This document shows positions 1 through 9,132 of a DNA stretch of 64,000 nt, piece after piece. The notes under the pieces are model-generated. The model did no database searches and was not told the DNA's origin. It saw only the letters and a list, made by a program, of their open reading frames with translations. The position numbers and the translations under genes were made by a program. Position 1 is the first letter of the stretch, and every line of letters starts with the position of its first letter. The stretch covers positions 185,641 through 249,640 of the IMG/VR virus record IMGVR_UViG_3300024239_000014. The stretch is one strand, 5' to 3'.

Positions 1-949
1 CAAAGATCGACAACCCCAGTAGACGCATCCACATGTGGGTATCTTCCAGGTCTTCCAGGTACAAGATGCGGTTCGGGTAATGATCCATCACGTAGAAGAA
101 CCCAGCCACCATGGATTCCACTTTCGCTGTTACGTGAGCCCGTTTGACAGCCAAACGAATGGTCGTAGCTGACCACGGCTTACGGCGCATGCTGGAGGGA
201 GTTGACCCCGATGGACCGTAGATGACGTAGCTGTCAGGCGGGAAGTTCGTGGTGTTGATTTCATCCAACGTACCGACATGGACATTGGTTTCTGCAAACA
301 CGGCGAAAGCCCGGCTCAATCCGTATTTGGCGAACATGTACAGCGCCAGCGGTTCCACCGATTTCACGAAGTCCGTGTGTTTGGTCACGGAGCGATCGGG
401 TTTGTGGTGGTGGATGGAGCTGTGGTGGTAGAACGTGGGGCGGTGGTTACCGTCGACCGAAATGGTCCACTGCGTCTGACGGAAGATTAATTTATCGCGC
501 GTTAGCGGTACGTACAGCAGGTTCTTGGTTACCGATACACACCGATCTGCCAATACCGGTGAAATGGTAAATACCGAGCCTCTGAGCACAATGGTGCCTG
601 CATCGCCCAGATAGGGTAACAACAGGTACCGTGGTCGCAGCTTGGACGCGTTGTATTCGAAATTGAACTGCACCATGTACAGGTCTGAACGACTAACGTC
701 ATAAAGACTTTTGCCGGAAGGACTCCGGCTGGTACGGATGCGAGCCAACTCCATGAACTGGCGATACGGATCCACTCGTTCATAGCCGAGGTATTTCAGC
801 CCAGGTGGGAAGCTCTGCATGGCACAGCGCCAAATCCGGTCAATATTGACTTCCGGACTTTCCATTTGTCGAGTGACAATCCCTTCTGCAATCGTTGGAT
901 TGAATTTGGGTTGTTTCGACTGGATATAGGCGAATAATCTGTCATCCAT
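1..949 (-). CDS. nvRNAP beta-like N-terminal subunit (phiKZ gp123-like), 3' end outside window
   Basis: Absent from the ORF track. Translated by hand from ATG at 949 (overlaps upstream stop, ATGGATGA): MDDRLFAYIQSKQPKFNPTIAEG...YLLLPY...GFFYVMDHYPNRI...WMRLLG, open to base 1. Synteny after the capsid gene matches phiKZ gp120-gp123. Confidence 0.8.
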   Translation of the reverse strand, partial: MDDRLFAYIQSKQPKFNPTIAEGIVTRQMESPEVNIDRIWRCAMQSFPPGLKYLGYERVDPYRQFMELARIRTSRSPSGKSLYDVSRSDLYMVQFNFEYNASKLRPRYLLLPYLGDAGTIVLRGSVFTISPVLADRCVSVTKNLLYVPLTRDKLIFRQTQWTISVDGNHRPTFYHHSSIHHHKPDRSVTKHTDFVKSVEPLALYMFAKYGLSRAFAVFAETNVHVGTLDEINTTNFPPDSYVIYGPSGSTPSSMRRKPWSATTIRLAVKRAHVTAKVESMVAGFFYVMDHYPNRILYLEDLEDTHMWMRLLGLSIF

Positions 950-1976
950 CTTTCCCTCCTCCTAACTTTTTCTTAAAGGTCAGAATCACAGTTGCCAGAC
1001 CGATTGCCGCAGTCACGACCTTGGCTACTGTTTCAAAGGTTTTACCGGTACCTTGTACTCGCTGTTCGATCAGTTTACGTTCAGCTTGGATCTCATCTCG
1101 AGCCAGTTCGCGAGTGAGGACTTCTTTCTTCAGCTCCAGTTTTTCTTGTTCGAATACGGCTTCTGGATTGCCGTTTGCTTTCGCAAGGGCATAGGATGAA
1201 TAAACCCGAATGGGGCACTTACCCTTTTCCAGATCTTCAAACGACATGACCAGGTGGGGTACCGCATTCGGAGTACGGCGCAATCCAGAGAACTTCGTAT
1301 TCCAACCGTTGGTTATTAGATGCACACCGTCCGCTAGGTTGGGGTCCGTCACTCGTGGGATTTCAAAGGGCTCTGCTCCGAATATTGAAAACAGTCGACC
1401 ATAGCGGTTAAACTGATCGACATAAAACATCCGGAACTGAGTGTCGTCCTTATTCTTCTCGACTTGGTCGTAGAAGTGATTAACGACATCTTCTACGGCA
1501 TGCGGATGACTCAACAACGAATCAGCACCAACGACACTAATAACCATATCCAGGTTATGGTCGTAAATCACACCACCAAGTTCGATGATCTCATCAAACG
1601 TAACGGTGTAAATATAGCTAGCAGTCTGCGGACCGCTTTGATGCCGGCAAATCAAATCTTGTAACTTGTTTGCCAGGGAGTAGCCACTAACAGATGATAC
1701 CGGTACGTCCGTTTTAACATAGTAGTTGTAGGTATCGTAATACTCAATTTCCAAACGCCGTTGAGCGTTACGCATGTCGCCGCGAATAAACTCCTGTCTG
1801 GGTGGCAGGGTAATGCGTAAACCACTACGCTCAATCAGCACAACTTCCCGGTCACTACAGTTGAGGATCTTGCGGTGAGTGCTAAATTCAGGGTTGCTGT
1901 TATTATTGCGAAAGACAGCGACTTCCGGATAATGGACAGTAACCGGGAGGCTAGCGCTGTAAGTGCGGTCGGTCAT
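942..1976 (-). CDS. conserved protein (phiKZ gp122 position) with coiled coil and C-terminal hydrophobic anchor
   Basis: Track ORF 942..2000; likelier start MTDRTY at 1976 (GGAG upstream). C-terminus VAKVVTAAIGLATVILTFKKK. Confidence 0.7.
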   Translation of the reverse strand: MTDRTYSASLPVTVHYPEVAVFRNNNSNPEFSTHRKILNCSDREVVLIERSGLRITLPPRQEFIRGDMRNAQRRLEIEYYDTYNYYVKTDVPVSSVSGYSLANKLQDLICRHQSGPQTASYIYTVTFDEIIELGGVIYDHNLDMVISVVGADSLLSHPHAVEDVVNHFYDQVEKNKDDTQFRMFYVDQFNRYGRLFSIFGAEPFEIPRVTDPNLADGVHLITNGWNTKFSGLRRTPNAVPHLVMSFEDLEKGKCPIRVYSSYALAKANGNPEAVFEQEKLELKKEVLTRELARDEIQAERKLIEQRVQGTGKTFETVAKVVTAAIGLATVILTFKKKLGGGKDG

Positions 1977-2012
1977 GTAGAACTCCGTAATGACAAGCAC
2001 CGCACCTACAGG

Positions 2013-2267
2013 CTACGTAGATTGTCGGTGGCGAAAATAGAGGATGCCGTATGCGACTAAGGCAGCTGTGGCAGCAACTGTAACCTTAGCCAACAGGCTG
2101 GTTTTCTGAGGCGGGTACTCAGTTTCGTCAAAGAGCACTGTCTGATCGTTTTCATCAACGACGACTGTGCGCACCATTGACTTCCCGCTGGGATACTTCG
2201 TCTGGATGCGATGACGCTTTGTGCGTTTAAGCACCAGCGGCTGCTTCGGTTCGGTCTGATCGGTCAT
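2013..2267 (-). CDS. small single-pass membrane protein (84 aa)
   Basis: C-terminal LLAKVTVAATAALVAYGILYF followed by RHR; GGGGT RBS; tight operon spacing. Confidence 0.75.
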   Translation of the reverse strand: MTDQTEPKQPLVLKRTKRHRIQTKYPSGKSMVRTVVVDENDQTVLFDETEYPPQKTSLLAKVTVAATAALVAYGILYFRHRQST

Positions 2268-2270
2268 GAC

Positions 2271-2519
2271 TTACCCCTTCTTAATGGGTAGCAAGAACGC
2301 CAACACCGCACTATACAAGACGATATCGGCATGGCGGTACAACACCTTTACAAAGTCTGGTGCTGTGGGGGAGATGTGGATCGATCGTTTACTGCGATGG
2401 ATCCGGTTGTTGATTGATGTGGTTTTGTGGCGCAATACCAGACCTGCAAACGTTTGTTCGCGGGTAGTGGTGACCAATTCAACTTCATCGGTCTTCTGAG
2501 CAACGGAACATGGTATCAC
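2271..2519 (-). CDS. small protein with C-terminal hydrophobic segment (82 aa)
   Basis: GGAGG RBS; ends IVLYSAVLAFLLPIKKG. Confidence 0.7.
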   Translation of the reverse strand: MIPCSVAQKTDEVELVTTTREQTFAGLVLRHKTTSINNRIHRSKRSIHISPTAPDFVKVLYRHADIVLYSAVLAFLLPIKKG

Positions 2520-2528
2520 ACGTCCTCC

Positions 2529-2738
2529 TTAGCTACTGTTGCGTTCACCGACAAGGCGGCGGATGACACCGATCATGGCAGCGACAACCAGGGTTGCACC
2601 GACGACACGTTCAGTGGGGGTGGCACTGCGATCCAACTCAAAACGGATGTCGGTATCAGTACTACCGGTGATATCGTCACTGGTGGTGGAAGTCAGTGCA
2701 ATACCCAGAAAGTTTACGGATTTCTTCACAGTCGACAT
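2529..2738 (-). CDS. small single-pass membrane protein (69 aa)
   Basis: GAGGT RBS; VVGATLVVAAMIGVI followed by RR. Confidence 0.7.
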   Translation of the reverse strand: MSTVKKSVNFLGIALTSTTSDDITGSTDTDIRFELDRSATPTERVVGATLVVAAMIGVIRRLVGERNSS

Positions 2739-2796
2739 GATATTTACCTCGAGTTACGGTTGGTTGTAAAGGAAGGAGATTGGGGGTGCAGATAGA

Positions 2797-2824
2797 TAAT
2801 ATCTGTTTCAAAAACCGTTGGATT
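2797..2824 (-). promoter_or_regulatory. putative early (virion RNAP) promoter
   Basis: AATCC-AACGGTT-TTT-GAAACA-GATAT-TA; same spacing as five other copies. Confidence 0.55.
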
Positions 2825-2825
2825 T

Positions 2826-2878
2826 GCGGCATAAAACAAAAAAAAAGAGAGGGGTCATAACTCCCTCTCTTTTGCCGG
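2826..2878. terminator. bidirectional intrinsic terminator with TGCCG tails
   Basis: AAAAGAGAGGG/CCCTCTCTTTT stem; tails TTTTGCCGG (+) and TTTTATGCCGC (-). Confidence 0.8.
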
Positions 2879-2882
2879 TGGC

Positions 2883-3110
2883 TTAGCCCTCGCTGGGCTC
2901 GCCACCGTTGCCGGCGTACTTGCTGTACGCATAGGCTGCACCGCCGATCACGGCGGCAGCCAAGGCACCGTACCCCACGACCTTGGCGGTCGTGGCCCAC
3001 CAAGAAGACTTGGCAGGTGCTGCGGTAACTGTCGGCATGGGAACAGCGGCGGCTACCGCCTCGGCGGTGGCGGCGATGGCTTCAGCGGCGTTGGTGTTGG
3101 TCTGAGACAT
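2883..3110 (-). CDS. small Ala-rich single-pass membrane protein (75 aa)
   Basis: GAGG RBS; VVGYGALAAAVIGGAAYAY segment; GC3-rich codons. Confidence 0.8.
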   Translation of the reverse strand: MSQTNTNAAEAIAATAEAVAAAVPMPTVTAAPAKSSWWATTAKVVGYGALAAAVIGGAAYAYSKYAGNGGEPSEG

Positions 3111-3186
3111 GATAAATTCCTCGTGTTTTGGGTTTTGGTTCCGGCTTGTGGTAAGTGACTCCCGCCGGAAGGAGTCACCTTTTTGT

Positions 3187-3327
3187 TTAGTAGCCCCGGC
3201 GATTGCCGAGGCTAAGGGCTATTAGGCCGAACACCACCGCGGTGGCGACTCCGGCCAAGAAACCCCTGGTGAACACCTTTTCGGCGTCCACCTGGGCCTC
3301 GTCGGTGGCAGTGGCGGGAGAACTCAT
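3187..3327 (-). CDS. small single-pass membrane protein (46 aa), not in ORF track
   Basis: MSSPATATDEAQVDAEKVFTRGFLAGVATAVVFGLIALSLGNRRGY*; GGAG/AAGGG RBS; fills the gap between neighbouring ORFs. Confidence 0.75.
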   Translation of the reverse strand: MSSPATATDEAQVDAEKVFTRGFLAGVATAVVFGLIALSLGNRRGY

Positions 3328-3334
3328 GACGCCC

Positions 3335-3517
3335 TTACTCCCGCCCGAAGGCGAGACGCAGGGCGCCTCGCAGCAGGACGCCGCCGATCGTCCCGGCTAT
3401 CAAGCCGGTGATCAGTGGGGTGACGACGCTGACGTGGCTGGTCTCCATCTCGTCGATCTCGTCACGCACCGCACGGGCGCTGGCGGCGGCGTTCTGGAAC
3501 TCGGTACGAATATCCAT
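3335..3517 (-). CDS. small single-pass membrane protein (60 aa)
   Basis: AAGGAG RBS; VSVVTPLITGLIAGTIGGVLL then RGALR. Confidence 0.75.
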   Translation of the reverse strand: MDIRTEFQNAAASARAVRDEIDEMETSHVSVVTPLITGLIAGTIGGVLLRGALRLAFGRE

Positions 3518-3521
3518 TACT

Positions 3522-3635
3522 TTACTCCTTATTCATCTTGGCAGCCAGGTAGCTGCCAACAATGAAAATTACGGTACCGTAAAATGCCGTGTTATAGACG
3601 GCAGCGGTGATTTTGCGCGAGGTTTTGACCTTCAT
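3522..3635 (-). CDS. small single-pass membrane protein (37 aa), not in ORF track
   Basis: AGGAG RBS; MKVKTSRKITAAVYNTAFYGTVIFIVGSYLAAKMNKE*; first ORF after the promoter at 3689-3715. Confidence 0.7.
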   Translation of the reverse strand: MKVKTSRKITAAVYNTAFYGTVIFIVGSYLAAKMNKE

Positions 3636-3688
3636 TTTAAACTCCTATGTTCTGGGGTTCAGTATTACTACCGTAGACTCACCTGTGC

Positions 3689-3715
3689 GATATAGGTCTG
3701 AGATTTTTTTGGATT
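3689..3715 (-). promoter_or_regulatory. putative early (virion RNAP) promoter
   Basis: AATCC-AAAAAAA-TCT-CAGACC-TATAT-C. Confidence 0.7.
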
Positions 3716-3742
3716 CGATTTTCATTAGTTTTTAATAGACTT

Positions 3743-3771
3743 GCGGCATAAGAGAGCCCCGAAGGGCTCTC
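3743..3771 (-). terminator. capsid gene terminator
   Basis: GAGAGCCC-TTCG-GGGCTCTC followed by TTATGCCGC. Confidence 0.8.
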
Positions 3772-3816
3772 CCATGACTTTACCATCGTCTGTCGAGGGT
3801 TGCTCACCCCGGCAGA

Positions 3817-5988
3817 TTAGGCCTGCTCTTTGGTCGGAACAGCCTTCAGCGCCACCAGAGCCTTGTCCAGGTTGGTCACGTTGATCACGAACCACACCGG
3901 CAGGTTGTGGACGTGAACGTTACGCGGCTGTACAGACAGCTGGTTGTAAGTGGCGTTGCCACGGCTCACCGGACCGGTGCTGACCAGTTCAGGGATCCAG
4001 TAGTGGTTACCGGAGCTGAGCGGGCAGAAGCCGCTGCGACCCTTGCGGGTGAAGGTGCCGATGATCTTGTTCTGCATGCGAACGTCCGGGGTAGCCAGGA
4101 CTTCGAAGTCCATGCCGATACCAGCGGTGCGCGGGTCACCCTGGATCATCATGTACTGTTGCAGGTTGATATCGGTACCCAGCAGCAGGGTCGGCTTGTC
4201 TTCGGCACCACCGCTGACCTGCTGGAGGGCAGGCAGGTAGTTGGATTCGACGACGGCGCGGTAGGCCACTTCGCGTACGGTGTTCAGGATCAGCGAGTTC
4301 AAGTCGGCCACGCGGTCGGTAGAACGCAGGGTCTGTACCTGAGCAAAGAGATCCAGAGCCACTTCGGCGTAGAACGGGGTTACCAGCCAACGACCAGCAC
4401 CTTCCAGACTGGCGCTGGAATCAGCACCGGCACCGATCAGGTGTTTGTTCTGGGCGCAGAAAGCCTTCAGACCTTCGAGGTAGTTCAGCTGTGCGGCGAT
4501 AGCACGGTTGCTGGTGGCGATGCGAGTCGCGTTCACCAGGTCGTCGAGGCCGACAGAGACGTTCTCTTCAGTGGTGGGCACCTGGACGCTGATCGGAGCG
4601 CCGACCGGGATCGGGGTGTAGTCGGTCTTGTAGCCGCGGTCCAGCAGCAGGCCAGCGGTGCGGCGGTTGCTGTTGATACGGTTGGCTTTCAGATCGATAC
4701 CGACAACGGTGAACACCAGGTCAGCGAGGATCGGGGCCAGGGTGGCATCGGCCGGAGAGATCAGGTCTTTGGTCACGCGGTGATAGGCTTTGCCAGCCGA
4801 CACCGAACCATCGAACTTGTAGTGGCCGGTCTGCACGTTCACGCTACCAGACAGCGACAGATCCAGGTGGATCTGGAACTCAGTGGTGTTCAGGTCAGAC
4901 AGCGGAGCAGGCTGAGCGCCAGCCGGGTTCTTGGTGTCCTTGTCGACGGCCAGTTCGCTGGTCATGGCGGACAGGGTCAGCTCGTAGGCGTCACCAGCAG
5001 GCGCTTTGTACATTTCGAAGCGCTTGAGGTTGGCGGTCGGGAACTTCACGACGCCGACTTCGGTGCCGGCACCGTTGGCCACGCGAACGTACACAGCAGA
5101 AACGGTGATGGCTTCCTGGATCTGATCGGTCTGGTCGTAGGTACCTTCCAGAGCGGCCGGGTTCTGGCTCAGGGCCAGCAGGTCACCAGCGACGCCGATG
5201 GCGATCGGAGCGGTGTTGTAGGTAACACCGTTGACTTCTTTGGCCACCGGGGCCACGAGCGAAGCGGCGACGAACTTGTTCAGGTTGCTGTTGTCAGCCT
5301 GTACGTGCGGGATCAGAGCAGTCGACGGAGCGTCGAGCAGCTTGCTGTCGCGGTAGGCTTCGAGGATGTTCTTGAAGTTCCAGGACTTGACGTCGCCGGA
5401 CAGAGCGCGCTGAGCGCCTTTGAACACGCGGATCACCGGAACTTTGGTAACCACGGCAACCTGGTCAGGGGTCTGCACCACAGTCGGGTAGAAACCTTCG
5501 GCGTAGTTGTCCTGACGGGCAGCGCCGTAGTTCCAGGCAGCAGAGTAGGCAGCCACAACGGTCAGGTCGCGGTTGTCAAAAGCTTCCATGGCGACGTCGG
5601 TGAAGGACACGTCCATGGCGCCGTGGATACCCACGGTGGTCGGCATGATAACGTTGGCACCTTCCATCGACATGGCGGCAGTGGCCAGAGCTTTGGCCTG
5701 GTAACGGTTGGCGCTGGCGGCGCCCATGAAGGCGATCTGAGCGGCTTCGAGAGCAACGGAGTCAGCAGCAGCATCACCAGCGAAGAGACCTTTCAGCTCA
5801 TTCTGGATGTTGCGGCCGGAGGCGACCAGGGCGCTGCGAGCAGTAGGAGTGGCAGATTCGAGCGACAGCAGGGCGCCAACGTCGTCGGCACCAACCACGA
5901 CATCACCACGTTTCTGGAGAGAAACGAGTTCATCAGCAGCCTGACCAATGGACTTGGTCGCGGCGTTCTGGGTATTGAAAATCGACAT
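3817..5988 (-). CDS. major capsid protein (phiKZ gp120-like)
   Basis: 723 aa; strong GC3 codon bias; N-terminal propeptide with A/S-X-E sites (SLES, ALEA, SMEG, AMEAF); FYPTVV and RQD motifs; divergent from the DnaB gene as in phiKZ gp118-120. Confidence 0.9.
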   Translation of the reverse strand: MSIFNTQNAATKSIGQAADELVSLQKRGDVVVGADDVGALLSLESATPTARSALVASGRNIQNELKGLFAGDAAADSVALEAAQIAFMGAASANRYQAKALATAAMSMEGANVIMPTTVGIHGAMDVSFTDVAMEAFDNRDLTVVAAYSAAWNYGAARQDNYAEGFYPTVVQTPDQVAVVTKVPVIRVFKGAQRALSGDVKSWNFKNILEAYRDSKLLDAPSTALIPHVQADNSNLNKFVAASLVAPVAKEVNGVTYNTAPIAIGVAGDLLALSQNPAALEGTYDQTDQIQEAITVSAVYVRVANGAGTEVGVVKFPTANLKRFEMYKAPAGDAYELTLSAMTSELAVDKDTKNPAGAQPAPLSDLNTTEFQIHLDLSLSGSVNVQTGHYKFDGSVSAGKAYHRVTKDLISPADATLAPILADLVFTVVGIDLKANRINSNRRTAGLLLDRGYKTDYTPIPVGAPISVQVPTTEENVSVGLDDLVNATRIATSNRAIAAQLNYLEGLKAFCAQNKHLIGAGADSSASLEGAGRWLVTPFYAEVALDLFAQVQTLRSTDRVADLNSLILNTVREVAYRAVVESNYLPALQQVSGGAEDKPTLLLGTDINLQQYMMIQGDPRTAGIGMDFEVLATPDVRMQNKIIGTFTRKGRSGFCPLSSGNHYWIPELVSTGPVSRGNATYNQLSVQPRNVHVHNLPVWFVINVTNLDKALVALKAVPTKEQA

Positions 5989-6144
5989 AACGGATTTCTT
6001 CCTTCTTCGATGGTAAAGACCGGCTCAGTAGCGAAGCCTCATAAAAGAAGAGCTACGCGTCGAGTCGTTTTGTGAACTAAACCGCTGGGAGCTGTAATAA
6101 GTAAAACCTTACTACGGCTATAACCGAGCAGTGAGAGCAACCCT

Positions 6145-6148
6145 CATA
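6145..6148 (-). promoter_or_regulatory. putative late promoter TATG for the capsid gene (TSS at G 6145)
   Basis: phiKZ late promoters carry TATG over the TSS. Here the G coincides with the first base of the 5' panhandle arm. Confidence 0.45.
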
Positions 6149-6180
6149 GTTAATGAGGTGTAACTTCGCTTCTTTTTACT

Positions 6181-6798
6181 TCAGGCAATCTGACGCAATG
6201 AAGCAGTGGACTCCCGGTTAAGGGCTGCTAAGTAATCAGTAAAGAACTGACTACCTGCTAGCTCACGCCACGACATCATCATACTGATAGCCTTAAGGGC
6301 ATTCAGATAAATCTTCGCACGTTCGCCGGGTCGACGATTATCAAAACAAGGATCGTCAGAAACAATCGTTGAAATGACCAAAGTGTCGTTGATCACCTCG
6401 AACTGAAAATCCAGGCATTTGTCGCCGTAGGACGCTTCTGGGCGATACGACTCAATACCCAGACCCGCCAATGCAAAGAAGAGCTGATCTTCATTGAACC
6501 GGCTGATCATCGCTGCTTGTTCGGGATAGTCCTGACGGATATCCAAAACGGCAGCGGTCACGGTTGTCACAGAGCCTTCGGAGCTCTGGACACCAGTCAG
6601 GGTGTTAAACGAACCCAACAGGTTCGCATAACTATTAAACTTGTTGAGCAGACGTTGGGTGAGGCTGTAAGCTTTTACATCAGCCTTCCCAAGTATGGAC
6701 ACCAGCGCTTCTTCACCACCTGTTACCAAGGTTTTCGACAAGCCCCGATTAGCCAGATGGGTGGACAACCACAGCGGCACAAACGCAATTTTAATCAT
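6181..6798 (-). CDS. virion protein (phiKZ gp119 position)
   Basis: Track ORF 6181..6825; likelier start MIKIAF at 6798 (GGAG). Called on synteny only. Confidence 0.6.
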   Translation of the reverse strand: MIKIAFVPLWLSTHLANRGLSKTLVTGGEEALVSILGKADVKAYSLTQRLLNKFNSYANLLGSFNTLTGVQSSEGSVTTVTAAVLDIRQDYPEQAAMISRFNEDQLFFALAGLGIESYRPEASYGDKCLDFQFEVINDTLVISTIVSDDPCFDNRRPGERAKIYLNALKAISMMMSWRELAGSQFFTDYLAALNRESTASLRQIA

Positions 6799-6898
6799 CT
6801 CCGCACTCCGGTTTTTAACGGCCAATGTCAGTGGTGTTCGACCCCCACTAATATTGTGCGGCCGACAAAGACAACAATCACAGTATCAAAGGTATCTC

Positions 6899-8449
6899 AT
6901 GGACGCTAAGCTTATCCTGCAACAAGCCATTTGCCTGCTGTTTCGCGAATCGCAGCTCGAAAAGCGTCAGTTCACATCAAAAGATTTGGTTAAGGAAATA
7001 GTCGCTACCATCCGTGTTCCTGAACAGATGATGGATGGCGATCGATTCCGCGAAACGATATTGGCGCTGCGCACAACGGCTCTTTACCTGGCAGACCTGC
7101 CGGAGGGGCAAGAGCTCGCCCGCGACATGCTGCTTCAGCGCTTGCGCTTAAACGTAGGGTACGACACCAACCTCTACCATGCCTTTGAGCAGGGTTTGGT
7201 GGATCTTTCCTCACAAGAAGAGATCAAAAAACACATTCTGCGTTACCGTGACGACTTACGCTCTTATCAACGTTCGTTGAAAATCAAAGATGTAGTCAAA
7301 CGACATAACGCCAAAGTTAACTTTCCGCAAGGTGATATCAACTGGGGTTCTGTCGTCGATGAACTGATGGACGAACTCGAGCCACTGCGTAATGGGTCTC
7401 TTGGGGTTTCACCTGAGTGGCTGGTCGACGATATCGACCTGGATGACCTGGATGCGTTGCAAGGAGCGATTGAACGCTCGCTGGAAGAAAACAACACTGA
7501 TGGGATGCTCAGAAGCGGTTGGCAGGGCTGTAACCGCATGTTGGGTCCGGACACCTATTACCGGCGCGGCGATATGGTTGTCGTGGGAGCCCTGCAGCAC
7601 AACTTTAAAACAGGTTGGGTGGTCAACCATCTGAAGCATTTTGCGCTGTACAACAAACCGTACATGCGTGACCCGTCCAAGAAACCTTTGTTGGTTTTGC
7701 TTAGTACCGAGAACAGCGTAAAAGATAACCTGCTGTCTCTGTACATTTCCTTGAAGGAAAACGAAACCGGTGAGCCGTGTGATGTGAAGAACATCTCCGC
7801 AGAAGAAGTGGCCAAGTATGTCACCACTCGTTTGCGTGAAAATGGTTATCACATCAAGATGCAACGGGTTAACCCGTCTGACTTTACTTATCGCGATTTG
7901 TTTGACCTGGTACTGAAGTGGGAAGCACAAGGGTTTGAAATTCATGCTCTGCTGATGGATTACCTGAACATGATTTCCAAGAAAGGGTGTACGCAAGGAC
8001 CCATCGGTTCTGATATTCGTGACTTGTTCCGTCGAGTCCGTAACTTCATGAACCCGCGAGGTATCTTGTTTATGACCCCACATCAGTTAGCGTCTGACGC
8101 AAAACAGCTGCTGCGTTCTGGTGTGACACCTGAAAACTTTGTCAAAGAGATTGCGAATAAAGGGTATTGGGACGGTTGTCGAGTGATTGACCAAGAAGTG
8201 GATTTGGAAATCTACATCCACAAAGTCGTGACCGGTAAAGGTTCATTCCTAACGGTACAACGCGGTAAGCACCGTAAACCAACGCTGACCCCTGAGAAAG
8301 ACCAGTTCTTTGTCCTCCCCTTCCACCAAGTCGGCGCACTGCGTGACGACGTTCTGGGTGCCGATACGACGTTGAAGAAAGTCGGTGGCAAACCAGTGGC
8401 TGAAGGCGGCGATGCAGATTGGTACGACGGATTTGACGTCGCAGCCTAA
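6899..8449 (+). CDS. dnaB: DnaB-like replicative helicase (phiKZ gp118-like)
   Basis: Start MDAKLIL at 6899 (AAAGGT RBS). Variant Walker A GALQHNFKT, MDYL, TPHQL, QEVDL and QRGKHR motifs. Confidence 0.85.
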   Translation: MDAKLILQQAICLLFRESQLEKRQFTSKDLVKEIVATIRVPEQMMDGDRFRETILALRTTALYLADLPEGQELARDMLLQRLRLNVGYDTNLYHAFEQGLVDLSSQEEIKKHILRYRDDLRSYQRSLKIKDVVKRHNAKVNFPQGDINWGSVVDELMDELEPLRNGSLGVSPEWLVDDIDLDDLDALQGAIERSLEENNTDGMLRSGWQGCNRMLGPDTYYRRGDMVVVGALQHNFKTGWVVNHLKHFALYNKPYMRDPSKKPLLVLLSTENSVKDNLLSLYISLKENETGEPCDVKNISAEEVAKYVTTRLRENGYHIKMQRVNPSDFTYRDLFDLVLKWEAQGFEIHALLMDYLNMISKKGCTQGPIGSDIRDLFRRVRNFMNPRGILFMTPHQLASDAKQLLRSGVTPENFVKEIANKGYWDGCRVIDQEVDLEIYIHKVVTGKGSFLTVQRGKHRKPTLTPEKDQFFVLPFHQVGALRDDVLGADTTLKKVGGKPVAEGGDADWYDGFDVAA

Positions 8450-8460
8450 ATAACATTTAG

Positions 8461-8501
8461 GGCATAGCAGGAGGAGGGGAATTTCCCCTCCTCCTATGCC
8501 G
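8461..8501. terminator. bidirectional terminator between convergent genes
   Basis: GGAGGAGGGG-AATTT-CCCCTCCTCC with TATGCC tails on both strands. Confidence 0.8.
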
Positions 8502-8502
8502 T

Positions 8503-9132
8503 TTAGCTATATCGCACTTTCACGAGGTGACTGTCACCAAGCATGGCTTCGACAAACTTTGGGCGTTTACGATCAGCCAGGTTGGAATGCGCCATAATCG
8601 CCATTGCTTTATCAGCAAGGGCCTGGAAGTCCCATCGATCAGACGATAGCGAGCGGACTTGAAAGGTGTTATGGAGCTCACGGGTAACCATGACATTGAG
8701 CCGGTGTCGCCAGGGGCAACAGTCGAACACGGCATGATCACCTACGGTCAAACGGTGATTGCGGGACGTATAGTACCCGATTAACTTACCGTACTCTTCG
8801 GTGTAGTACCCAAAAGACAAAGCGCAGCGTTCAATGACGTTGAGCTCTGCCTTAAAGGTAGAGAGTCGGTCGAGGATATGTTGCAGAGAGCCTGCACGTT
8901 GGGTAATCAAAAAGGTAAACAGGACATTATTGTCCGGGTCAAATATCACGAGGTAGTCACACTCCTTGCGAGTGTAGGTGGTATTGGCGTTGGTCGGGAA
9001 GTGGGATACAGCCAACGAATGTTGGCCATACCGACGAATCGTCGGAAGGAGTCGTTTGACAAGGCTTTCCGTGGTCAGCCGGAAAAACAATGCCGTAAAC
9101 GACCGACAGCAATCGGCCAGGAAATACATCAT
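8503..9132 (-). CDS. hypothetical protein (209 aa)
   Basis: GAGGAGG RBS; no recognisable motif. Confidence 0.65.
   Translation of the reverse strand: MMYFLADCCRSFTALFFRLTTESLVKRLLPTIRRYGQHSLAVSHFPTNANTTYTRKECDYLVIFDPDNNVLFTFLITQRAGSLQHILDRLSTFKAELNVIERCALSFGYYTEEYGKLIGYYTSRNHRLTVGDHAVFDCCPWRHRLNVMVTRELHNTFQVRSLSSDRWDFQALADKAMAIMAHSNLADRKRPKFVEAMLGDSHLVKVRYS

Noticed and set aside
3539-3601. Three palindromes including TTACGGTACCGTAA as a regulatory ncRNA
   Set aside because: They lie inside the 37-aa ORF with a good RBS; cannot be distinguished from chance.
3907-6075. 722-aa + strand ORF
   Set aside because: In-register mirror of the capsid gene caused by biased codons; no RBS or promoter and unnatural composition.
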